From positions 1 to 64,000 of the IMG/VR virus record IMGVR_UViG_3300027749_000060: a DNA stretch of 64,000 nt; one strand, 5' to 3'. Positions 1-9,500 of this stretch are shown in pieces. A program made the position numbers and the translations under genes. The notes beneath the pieces were generated by a model. The model searched no databases and had not been told where the DNA came from. It worked only from the letters and a program-made list of their open reading frames with translations. Each line of letters begins with the position of its first letter. Position 1 is the first letter of the stretch. Origin of the DNA: a virus.

Positions 1-361
1 TAACAACTTGGCTGGTCATGTTGATAAATGTCAGTGCTGTGCCAAGTGGATAGGGCACCGATGCATTTGATGGAATAGTGTATGTTCTTGCATTGGGATC
101 TGTACTTGGGTGAAAAATAATTTTTCCCGAATCCGACAGAACTGTTATATATCCTGCACTTTGACTATTAATTGGTATGTTTCTAAATCCAACTGGGTCT
201 GTTCCGTCAACTGGAGTGGTTGAAAACGTTGGTGCTGCTGATCCATTGGACACAAGAAATGCTCCCACAGTTCCGGGATTTGTAAATGCTACTTCTACTC
301 CGTTTCCGTATCCTACAGATCCTGCGTTTGGAATGTTGCTACCATTGAGAGTAACCGTCAT
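1..361 (-). CDS. Virion structural/fibre-associated protein, partial (runs off the left edge)
   Basis: Not in the ORF track. Minus-strand ATG at 361 preceded by AGGAG; reads MTVTLNGSNIPNAGSVGYG...GFRNIPINSQSAGYITVLSDSGKIIFHP...TYTIPSNASVPYPLGTALTFIN with no stop to position 1; collinear with neighbouring structural genes. Confidence 0.75.
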   Translation of the reverse strand, partial: MTVTLNGSNIPNAGSVGYGNGVEVAFTNPGTVGAFLVSNGSAAPTFSTTPVDGTDPVGFRNIPINSQSAGYITVLSDSGKIIFHPSTDPNARTYTIPSNASVPYPLGTALTFINMTSQVV

Positions 362-428
362 TGTATTCTCCTAAAATTAAATTATTAATTACAGTTTGTT
401 TTCCCTATTGGGCTTGTATATTGCATAA

Positions 429-1025
429 TTATCCTTTGCGGATTACATACCCAATTGGTGTACTGGATCCCAGTGTAGTGCGCTGATAGGTAATTGTTAC
501 ACTACTACTGTCGCCCTGGGCCAATAAATCAATATTGCCAGTTGTAATGTCTGATGCATAGTTGGCAACTTCATAATTGCTATCACTTAATAATACTGCG
601 TACTCAGTAAAAAATACTACAGTTCCATCGTTAATACAATCAATAGTACTAAACTTGTATCTATTATTGATATTATCTTTAGCGGTTAATAACCATCTCA
701 CAGTAGTTGTACCTGCCACAGGCACATAGTCTGCTACCTCCAACTCGTCATTGATAGTTATTCTACCGTTATAAATATTGCTGCTTGTAACATAAGGCGA
801 GCCGTCGGTATTCAAAACGTTACTAGTTTTAACACTAGAAACAATAATATTACTAGTCCATATACGCTGACCCGATGTATTTGTAGTTAGTATGCTATTA
901 TTTGCCGATGTTCCTAGATTTGGTTCAGCTTCATTTACTGAAAGAAATTCATATCTATCACTGCTTAATTCAGCAAATGGTGTTACTGCAACACGCCCGC
1001 TAGTAAGAACACGATTTGTTTTCAT
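429..1025 (-). CDS. Putative virion structural protein
   Basis: 198-aa Thr/Ser/Val-rich ORF tightly coupled (1 nt gap) to the upstream gene; beta-rich composition. Confidence 0.7.
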   Translation of the reverse strand: MKTNRVLTSGRVAVTPFAELSSDRYEFLSVNEAEPNLGTSANNSILTTNTSGQRIWTSNIIVSSVKTSNVLNTDGSPYVTSSNIYNGRITINDELEVADYVPVAGTTTVRWLLTAKDNINNRYKFSTIDCINDGTVVFFTEYAVLLSDSNYEVANYASDITTGNIDLLAQGDSSSVTITYQRTTLGSSTPIGYVIRKG

Positions 1026-1026
1026 A

Positions 1027-1359
1027 TTATGGATTTATACTTTCAATAATACTAATAATCATCTGACTTGCATTTGAAATTGATGCATTGGCTTTTAGGG
1101 AATCACCAGTTTGTAAAATCAATTTGCCACCAATGATGTTTATTGCATCATGTCTTGGTACTGGACCATTTTTAATTAAATTAGTTGGAATTGAGCTCCT
1201 AACAAAATCGGATGTAACCGAAATAGTTGATTCGCTGGTATTACTGATTTGTGCCAGTAAAACAATACTGGTATATCCATTGGGTGTCGTATATACTGTG
1301 GTACTAGTTGGTGTTAAGTTTGCTGTATATGTTTTAAAAACATTAATTGCGGTTGTCAT
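1027..1359 (-). CDS. Small virion structural protein (beta-sandwich type; paralog of 6106..6462 and the core of 28354..29676)
   Basis: 110 aa; pattern TTVYTTP...SN...(K)LILQTGDSLKA shared with YLEEGDALRI and KLILDDGDTIRA in the two paralogs. Confidence 0.7.
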   Translation of the reverse strand: MTTAINVFKTYTANLTPTSTTVYTTPNGYTSIVLLAQISNTSESTISVTSDFVRSSIPTNLIKNGPVPRHDAINIIGGKLILQTGDSLKANASISNASQMIISIIESINP

Positions 1360-1361
1360 AA

Positions 1362-2690
1362 TTATCCTTCAAGAGCTAATATATATGGTGTCATCATAGC
1401 AAACATACTGCGTGTAAAGCTATCACCAGTGATAGAACCCGTTGTTTGGTTAATAGTTAAATTTGTTCCAATTTTAAAATTACCTTTATGATCGGTTCCA
1501 GTAAATGTAACCCGGCCGCCATTGATTGCTGTTACTTCATTGGCCTCAATTGGTATTCCGCCATATTGTGGTAATGCTGTTAGTGGATTTGTGCCGGCGC
1601 CAACGTATTCAAACGTATGTGCGCTGGCAATAATAGCACTGCGTTGATAGAATCTCACTGTGGTATTATCGTCCAGGATGTTTATATAGTTTTCTTGTAC
1701 AGTAACTTCGTATGTTAATCCGTCAACTTGTCTGACTGTATCAATACTATAATAATTGCCGTCGCCATCAATGGTCATTGTTTGATTGACTTTTGGTTGT
1801 GCTGCCAGGCCTCTGATTTGAAATACACCATTGGTGCTAGCACCAAATGTAGTTCCCGACAATGCTTCTGGGCCCTTGCCATCTGCTACCAATCCGTAAT
1901 TACCAATACTAGAATCGCTTCCATTTAATGTACAAAATGCACCAGACTCACAATGTATACCAATGTCGCAAGCAATTGTATATATGTTAACCAATTGACT
2001 GTATCCCAAATTGGTAATGTGTACACCTTTTCCGCCTTTGTTGATTATTGTAAAGAACCCTAAAATCATTGCTTTGGTACTACTAGCACTGGTCAAACTA
2101 CCATCAATTTTAACAGCGGTACCAGTTGTAGTGCTACTGGTAATGTTCTGTATGTATGGACTTACATAGACGTTTTGTGTTGGGGTTGAGGGATTGTAAC
2201 TAAATCCGTTTGCCAGATAATCCTTAATAGTTAGCCCCCAGACATAGCAGCCAGCTTTTAAATAGAATAAATCAGAACTTGCTGTTTGTGGTATTACTGT
2301 TACTGTGCGCAAATCGTTTCCAACTAAGCTAACTCCAGCAGGGACCGTAACAGGATTATCTTCAGTATAGATGCCGGGTGCTACATGTACACTAGTCCCT
2401 GATGTAGCTGCTGCCAGGCCTGCTTTAATAGTTAATTTGGGCGTAGTAAGGCCACCTCGACTGGTATCATCGCCATTTTTAGCTACATAAATTATGTTAC
2501 TACTGGCATCTAAACTAATATTACCTGTAATTATTGTTGCATTTCCAATTGATTTAATGGAATTATCTGAATGTTTAACATAAAAAACGCCATCGGCTGT
2601 ATTAACGGCCACTTCGCCGATTTCAAGATCCGCAGCGTCTGGTATTTTTCCAGCTACCGCTGAGCGTTTTAATTTAATTTTATTTGCCAT
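1362..2690 (-). CDS. Tail fibre/spike-like protein with N-terminal anchor motif and pectin-lyase-like beta-helix region
   Basis: N-terminus MANKIKLKRSAVAGKIP...LEIGEVAVNTADG resembles common phage fibre anchor segments; IIYVAKNGDD...PKLTIKAGLAAA...VHVAPGIYTE is the typical cap of right-handed beta-helix proteins. Confidence 0.65.
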   Translation of the reverse strand: MANKIKLKRSAVAGKIPDAADLEIGEVAVNTADGVFYVKHSDNSIKSIGNATIITGNISLDASSNIIYVAKNGDDTSRGGLTTPKLTIKAGLAAATSGTSVHVAPGIYTEDNPVTVPAGVSLVGNDLRTVTVIPQTASSDLFYLKAGCYVWGLTIKDYLANGFSYNPSTPTQNVYVSPYIQNITSSTTTGTAVKIDGSLTSASSTKAMILGFFTIINKGGKGVHITNLGYSQLVNIYTIACDIGIHCESGAFCTLNGSDSSIGNYGLVADGKGPEALSGTTFGASTNGVFQIRGLAAQPKVNQTMTIDGDGNYYSIDTVRQVDGLTYEVTVQENYINILDDNTTVRFYQRSAIIASAHTFEYVGAGTNPLTALPQYGGIPIEANEVTAINGGRVTFTGTDHKGNFKIGTNLTINQTTGSITGDSFTRSMFAMMTPYILALEG

Positions 2691-2776
2691 AATTATGGTC
2701 TGTCCTAAGTGCTATATAGCCAACGTATAAAATAAAACCGGGGTATCGAAGCCCCGGCTATTATACTTCAATAAAG

Positions 2777-2783
2777 TATTTAT
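2777..2783 (-). promoter_or_regulatory. T4-type late promoter core (ATAAATA)
   Basis: tatttat on plus strand in the intergenic gap upstream of 2690; same motif recurs before other structural genes and a gp55-like sigma is encoded in the window. Confidence 0.55.
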
Positions 2784-2786
2784 TCT

Positions 2787-5700
2787 TTAATACTCGCCAC
2801 CGTCAATTGTATCTGTATTAGTTAACACAGAATTTCCATTCTTTTTTATGTCTGTTGTTACTGATATATTACCTGCAGATAGTGTTCTAGTAGCAATTGC
2901 ATAGCTAAGGTATTGGTTATCTGTTATTAACCCAGATGCTCCTGCTATCAATACTCTATTCTCAATTAAATGTGCATCTTTAAACCCATCGGCAGTAACT
3001 GCGGCAGTGAATGTACCGGTGCCCTCTACCCTGAGCGGTCTTCCAATTGACCATGCATCGTGCCCGTAATCATAAAGTATTGTTGCAGTACCATCTATGC
3101 CTAAATTAAGAGTTAAGCCGCCATTGGCCGATTCGGCCGCTGTAGTTGAATTTTTACCTAATTCAATGTTTAAATCACCAACAGCAACAGTAGTAGAATT
3201 TACAATAGTTGTATTGCCGCGTACTGTTAAATTTCCACCTACTAATAAATCGTTTGTTGTTTCTAGTGTTGTAAATTTACCAGTAGACGGAGTGGTATTA
3301 CCAATTGGAGTATTATCTAATGCAAAAAGTGATACGTTACCGGCAACATTTAAATTGCCGCCAATTCCAACACCACCAGATACTACAAATGCACCTGTAT
3401 TTTTACTAGTTGATTCTGTTAGATTTGTAATAGTTACTTGGATATCGGTTGTGCCAGTTAACACACCCCTGCTGCCAACATATCCATGAAACCCTTGGCT
3501 ACCAGTATATCCAACTCCAGAAGCACCAATTGGGCCAATTGATCCTCTTGATCCTACATATCCTGTTGCGCCAGTAATTGATAATCCTTGACTACCTGTA
3601 TAACCAACCACGGTACTAGCAGACCCGGTGTATCCAATTCCTTGCGGGCCAGTTGAGCCGGTTGGGCCGGTTATACCCTTAGCGCCAGACAAATCTGTTA
3701 CATAAATGTAAGAACTACCATTCCATAAGTAAAGTATTGCATCTTCCGAGTTTTCAACATTGTTATCAACAATAGCAAATTGCCCTGCTGTAATCCCAGT
3801 AGGAGCAGTATCGGCAGTTAGTGCTGCTACAGAAGCATAAGATTTAGCAATAGTAAATCCTAAACCAGTATCGCCTTTACTACCAGTGTATCCGTATCCT
3901 GTTGCGCCAATTTGTCCGGTGGCTCCCATTATACCAATCATACCAGTAGCGCCTGTGATTGATACACCAGTAGCTCCTCTTGGGCCTGTAGGTCCTCTTT
4001 CGCCGGTAGCGCCAGTGGCTCCGCCTGGGTCGCCAGTTGGACCTGTTGGGCCTGTTGCACCAAATCCTGTTGCGCCTACCGATCCCGTATATCCAGAAAT
4101 GCCGAAGCCGGTTGCACCAATCGGTCCTGTTATGCCTTGTATGCCAAAGCCGGTTGCACCAATTTGGCCGGCTGGGCCAGTATCGCCTTGTACACCTTGA
4201 AATCCAGTTGCACCAATCTGTCCCGTTGCACCAATTGTTCCCTGCGTCCCTTGAATTCCAGTTGCACCACGGACTCCTGTTGCGCCATTAATTCCTTGTA
4301 ATCCAGTGGCACCTTGTAATCCAGTTGCACCAGTATCGCCTTGTACGCCTTGTACGCCTGTTGCACCAAATGCCCCAGTTGGACCAATTGTTCCCTGCGC
4401 ACCTTGTACTCCGGTAGCACCACGAGAACCAGTTGCCCCTGTTATTCCAATTCCAGTTGCACCAACTTGCCCAATAGCACCAGTATCGCCTTGTACGCCT
4501 TGTAGTCCAGTTGCACCAATTGTTCCTACACCAGTGGCACCTCTTGGACCCAATACACCCGTAGCGCCAACTGCACCGGCGTTGCCCGGCAACCCCTGTA
4601 GTCCAGTCGCGCCAAATTGCCCAATTGAGCCGGTATCGCCTTGTACGCCTTGTAACCCTGTTGCACCAAATTGTCCCGTTGCACCAATAGTACCAATTGG
4701 TCCTTGTACTCCTGTTGCTCCTGTTAATCCTGTTGCACCTTGAGTGCCACCTGCTCCGGTTAATCCCTGTGCGCCGTTAGTTCCTGCATCACCTTTGGCT
4801 CCTGTTAGTCCAGTTGCACCTTGAATTCCAGTTGCGCCTGCTATGCCTTGAATTCCAGTTGCACCAACTGCTCCATTGGCACCTCTTGCACCTGCTGCAC
4901 CTGCTGTACCAGTTGCTCCGATTGGGCCAGTATCGCCTTGTACGCCTTGCAATCCTGTTGCACCACGAGAACCAGTAGCTCCTGCAACACCAGTGGCTCC
5001 AAAACCAGTTGCTCCAGGGGAACCGGTGAGACCAGCAGCACCTGCTGTACCAGTTGCTCCTATTAATCCTTGCAGCCCAATTGGACCTGCAGGTCCCTGG
5101 GGCCCTGTTGCGCCCTGTATTCCATTGGTACCAGCTGGACCGCCTAATCCAGTGGCACCAATAGTTCCTGCACCAGTTGCACCAGTAACCCCTTGTGCGC
5201 CATTAGCACCCTTAGACCCAGTATATCCTGCTGCGCCCGGGGCTCCGGGTAAACCAAATCCAGTTGCACCCTTTGATCCAACATATCCCCTGGCACCAGC
5301 TAATCCGGCTGGCCCAGTTGCTCCTGTGTCCCCATTAGGTCCAGTGTCACCTTTTACGCCTTGAAATCCAGTTGCACCAATTTCTCCATATGGTATGCCA
5401 TTGGCATGATACAATTGGTCTGTATAAATTGATCCTGCGTATACATTACCAGCAATACCTGCGCCGCCTGCAACTACTAGCGCACCAGTAGTAGTGTTAG
5501 TACTTGCAGTTGTATTTGTTAAATTTACCGAACCAGCATCAATAATTCCAGGTGTTCCGGATATTACTCCTCCCAGACTAACAGAACCATTGGATATAAA
5601 TTTTAAGTGACCAGTTGCATTATCCCAAGCAATAAATGCAGAATTTTGTGAGCCAATAGCAGATTTAAAGTAATTAAATTTAAATCCAATATCGGCACCG

Positions 5701-6098
5701 TCATCAACTGTTAATGTAGTTCCACTGGTGTGTAATGTTATTAAAGAATCACTTACAGACGTATTTACAGAGCTGACTGTAGTAGGAGTACCCGTTAAAA
5801 CTAAATTTCCAGTTATAGTAACATCTACTGCTGTAAAAACTGGTTGTACACCAATTTGTGTAATACCAGGTTGAGATGCTGTTTTTATTAAACCTGTAAC
5901 TTGATTGGCTGAAATGTTATTGGCATATACATTACCTGTTACGCCAACTCCGCCCGATACAGTTAACGCACCAGTTGATGTGCTGATACTTTGCGTTGCA
6001 TTTGATACGCTAAATTGCGTACCAATTACAGTCGAAGTTACATTGCTTGCTGTTCCTAAATTTCTTAGTACAGCCGGTTGGCGTAAATATCTGATCAT
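2787..6098 (-). CDS. Collagen-like (Gly-X-Y) fibre protein
   Basis: 1103 aa; long GAT/GXQ/GDT-rich triplet tracts flanked by STSTGALVVXGGXG fibre repeats; ends TIDGGEY. Confidence 0.85.
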   Translation of the reverse strand: MIRYLRQPAVLRNLGTASNVTSTVIGTQFSVSNATQSISTSTGALTVSGGVGVTGNVYANNISANQVTGLIKTASQPGITQIGVQPVFTAVDVTITGNLVLTGTPTTVSSVNTSVSDSLITLHTSGTTLTVDDGADIGFKFNYFKSAIGSQNSAFIAWDNATGHLKFISNGSVSLGGVISGTPGIIDAGSVNLTNTTASTNTTTGALVVAGGAGIAGNVYAGSIYTDQLYHANGIPYGEIGATGFQGVKGDTGPNGDTGATGPAGLAGARGYVGSKGATGFGLPGAPGAAGYTGSKGANGAQGVTGATGAGTIGATGLGGPAGTNGIQGATGPQGPAGPIGLQGLIGATGTAGAAGLTGSPGATGFGATGVAGATGSRGATGLQGVQGDTGPIGATGTAGAAGARGANGAVGATGIQGIAGATGIQGATGLTGAKGDAGTNGAQGLTGAGGTQGATGLTGATGVQGPIGTIGATGQFGATGLQGVQGDTGSIGQFGATGLQGLPGNAGAVGATGVLGPRGATGVGTIGATGLQGVQGDTGAIGQVGATGIGITGATGSRGATGVQGAQGTIGPTGAFGATGVQGVQGDTGATGLQGATGLQGINGATGVRGATGIQGTQGTIGATGQIGATGFQGVQGDTGPAGQIGATGFGIQGITGPIGATGFGISGYTGSVGATGFGATGPTGPTGDPGGATGATGERGPTGPRGATGVSITGATGMIGIMGATGQIGATGYGYTGSKGDTGLGFTIAKSYASVAALTADTAPTGITAGQFAIVDNNVENSEDAILYLWNGSSYIYVTDLSGAKGITGPTGSTGPQGIGYTGSASTVVGYTGSQGLSITGATGYVGSRGSIGPIGASGVGYTGSQGFHGYVGSRGVLTGTTDIQVTITNLTESTSKNTGAFVVSGGVGIGGNLNVAGNVSLFALDNTPIGNTTPSTGKFTTLETTNDLLVGGNLTVRGNTTIVNSTTVAVGDLNIELGKNSTTAAESANGGLTLNLGIDGTATILYDYGHDAWSIGRPLRVEGTGTFTAAVTADGFKDAHLIENRVLIAGASGLITDNQYLSYAIATRTLSAGNISVTTDIKKNGNSVLTNTDTIDGGEY
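3470..5385 (-). repeat. Collagen triplet repeat region with one non-collagen interruption (~3690-3865)
   Basis: Repeated ccagttgcacc / gtatcgccttgtac units; translation is Gly-X-Y with occasional 2-residue imperfections. Boundaries approximate. Confidence 0.85.
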
Positions 6099-6105
6099 TT
6101 ATATA

Positions 6106-6462
6106 TTAGCTCATAATTTCATAGGACAATACATACTGTAATACTCCTGCTATGTCAGCCGATATTCGTAATGCATCACCTTCTTCAAGATATATACTGG
6201 TATCTTTAGCAATAGCAACTAAAGAATCACCAACCGGGACTGGTATTGCACTACCAATTTTATAGCTAACAGAATTTCTATATATATCAATAGTAACTGT
6301 AGTGTCAGATGCACTCAAATTTGTAACATATAATACATTTATACGGTAAGATTCCGAACTATTCACTGAATTTTCTAAAACTATATCAAGTGTATCTGCC
6401 ACCCAATCGGCTTTAGTTTTTCCAAGAATGGAATTTGTAGTAATTAAATTAGGAGCAGCCAT
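6106..6462 (-). CDS. Small virion structural protein
   Basis: 118 aa, MAAPNLI...SIYLEEGDALRISA...SYEIMS; late promoter core upstream at 6506-6512. Confidence 0.7.
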   Translation of the reverse strand: MAAPNLITTNSILGKTKADWVADTLDIVLENSVNSSESYRINVLYVTNLSASDTTVTIDIYRNSVSYKIGSAIPVPVGDSLVAIAKDTSIYLEEGDALRISADIAGVLQYVLSYEIMS

Positions 6463-6505
6463 TTAAAATCCGATCTATTAGCGTGAGTTTAGTTCTCAAT
6501 TTATG

Positions 6506-6512
6506 TATTTAT
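6506..6512 (-). promoter_or_regulatory. T4-type late promoter core (ATAAATA)
   Basis: tatttat on plus strand, 44 nt upstream of the ATG at 6462. Confidence 0.6.
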
Positions 6513-6535
6513 GCACTGTTATAAACCATACTATC

Positions 6536-9500
6536 CTAAGGATTGAAATTCATGCTAACTGTTAAACTCTTGGGCAATGTAATAGTTGATTCAAAATAAT
6601 CAGCGTTTTCGTAAAGAGCACTGATTTTTATAGTATGCCCGCCCTCGCAAAATCCTGTCACAGATCCAGTTGTGGGGTCTATTGCCATGGTGTCAGACGA
6701 ATTAGCAGGAGATACTACAAGTAATTTATAAACAACAGTTTGTCCTGGATTATTTATATTCAGTAAAAACATGTTGCGTACTAAACAATCATACGAAACA
6801 CTTCCTGCCTTTAACTCTTTTGTAAAAGAATCAGTAGCAATAGGTAAAGAAAAAGGATTTCCATATACACTGTTATATAAATCTCCACTAACCGACTCCC
6901 ATACTATAGTCCATTTTCCAGTGGGTTGCGAAGAGTCATTGACTAATAATGTAGCCGACGTAGCAACAATTGGCCCGGCTTCTCCCTGAGTGCGAATGTT
7001 TATTTTTATTGTTTCTGTTCCTTCTTTTAGTTTATCGTTATACAATGTCATGTTAAATGATGCTTGTCCATTTTGTACAATAACACTACCTGAATTAATT
7101 TGATTAGAAAAATCTCCAGAATTAGTTGTTCCGTCGTTGGACCAATACAACATGGTATTGTTGGGTACATTTATTGTTTTAATAACATATGTCACACTGT
7201 CCCCTTCATTGATTGATGAAATCAATGTACCTCCGTTACGCTCAGATAAATTTATAACCAAACCGTGCCCTTGAGAAAACAATCCTACTGGATTTTCAAT
7301 AACTTGCCCAGATGCAAGTATGCTTATAATGTCTCCCGAATAATAAGAAATTGGTACTATACGTCCTAACATATTAACATCAATGTAGTATCCCCCGTTA
7401 TATTCTTGATGATAACCGCCTCGTATGCTTGGTGTTGTTTTTGTTTTATTTTCGTTATTAAATATACTAGTTGAGCTATTTCCCTCACCTAAGAATATAC
7501 TTAAACTTCCCACTCCTATATCGTATTTAAATTTTTGCTGTGCTATTCCAGTTCCAGTATTAGACTTTGGTTGTGGCTTATAATAGGATGGTTCCCATCT
7601 TCCTGGTATTACTATACTAACAGCCAGCATGTTTAAATACAATTTTTTATTTTTATCCCAATCTGCCCAACGCCACGAGGCAAACATTTCAGTTGGAGGA
7701 TTGGCTCCTACTACTTGATTTATTTTTAATATATGCCCGGGAGATTGATATTTACGTTCGTAATCTTGAGTGTCAAATCTTGGTTCTACTACCCAGGCGG
7801 GTAAATCAAATGCTGTGTGCGAAGTGACCCAAGTTACAACTGTCCAAACAGCCACACTATTAGCTATTAGAAATTGATCTGTTTCATATCCTTGTTTAAA
7901 TTTAAATGTAGCAGAATGAACAATTGGTGAACTATCAAATTTGTCGTATTTTGTAACTTGATAGTCATCTCCTGGATACGAATCAGCAATGGCATATGCA
8001 TTAATATCATTCTGATTAAACAAATTAGTAGTACTTGTACTTCTTACTAAACCATTTCTATTAGCCCACCACCAATTTAATAGATTACTTCCTCTGTCAG
8101 ACTCAACTGGAAAGACTGAATAAATTGGTGGTGCCATGATAACATTATCAGCAATTGTTACAGATTTTGATACTGCAACAATGAGACCATTAACACTGTT
8201 GTCAATTCTTACTTTTAAAATTATACTCCTAATAGGTCTGTAATTCTTAGATATAGTTTTAGTGAAAGTAGAAGTATTATTTACTATTACTACTATACCA
8301 GCATTTTCAGAATCGTCAAAGTCATCTCCCGCTGCTGTTCCAACATTACTCCAATACAAGGCAGTACCATCTATTACATTAGTTGTATCAACTCTATAAG
8401 TTACAGAACTTCCTTCGACCACTAAAGTGACACTTGGGGTTATGGAACATTTTATTACTGTTTTAGATGTGTCATTTACTATTACTGTATTTGCATTTGC
8501 AACCACCGGGCCATTTAATGATTTAGTTCTCAATTCCATTTTTAATTTTTCTGGGCCCTCGGTTAATTTGTCAATGGTTGCAATTCTAGTAAAAGTTGCC
8601 AAATTATTTACTATAGTAATAGTATCTTGATTTGCTGTTGCAACAGTCCATTTAAATGCCACTGAACCAGACCCGCCAGCACCAAATTCATTTGTATTAC
8701 CAATACTGCTATAAGACACCGGTGTATTAATATCATAGTCAACGGTTCCGTTATTATTAAGATTGTTTACACTAAAATTGTTAACGCTTGAATCTGCCAG
8801 ATATAACAAACTAGTTTGAGATATTAATAGTAAAGACGTAGAGGTTGGTAATGTAATTGATTGTGTATTACCACCACCGTATGGATTTGCTCCTTGTGTA
8901 GCAGTCAGCGGCCCGGTTGGTCTTGTAAAATTGCCAGTGTATACAGCTACCCCTTTAACTATGCGAAGATTAGAAATATACGAATTATGTATATAGTATC
9001 CCCAATACGCTGCGTATCCAATATACATGTCGGGTTTTTGTCCACTGAATGCAGCAGCAGAAAATATATCAGTGTCTACATTAGTATACTCGCCGCAGAC
9101 AACACCGTTACAATACCATGATAGTGTAGTACCATTTCTGACCACGGCCCAATGTTCCCACGCACTACTAGTTGGGGAAACAGTTGTGGGATAATCGGTT
9201 GTTAGCCCCAATCGGATTGTTAATTTATCCGAGTTATTTAAAGGATCTCTATATATTACCCATCCGTTTGTAGTATTATCAACTTTTTGTCCAATTCCTG
9301 GTCCACTGTAGTTTGTAAACGGTTCTAATAGATACCACCACCATTCAATAGTAAAATTACCAGTGTCAAATTCAAATGCCTGGCTATAAGGTATACTCAA
9401 ATAGTAACTATGATTATTAAAACTTAAACTGCCACCTGGTATTGATACCGCTATTCCGCCTGCTTGACCACCATTATCGCTGTAGTCTTGTGAAAAATTT

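Noticed and set aside
1362-2690. Diversity-generating retroelement target (tropism-determinant-like N-terminus)
   Set aside because: No reverse transcriptase and no template/variable repeat pair with adenine-specific differences seen in the window.
3097-5364. Pro/Val-rich plus-strand ORFs over the collagen gene
   Set aside because: Antisense shadows produced by the Gly-X-Y codon pattern; no RBS or promoter support.
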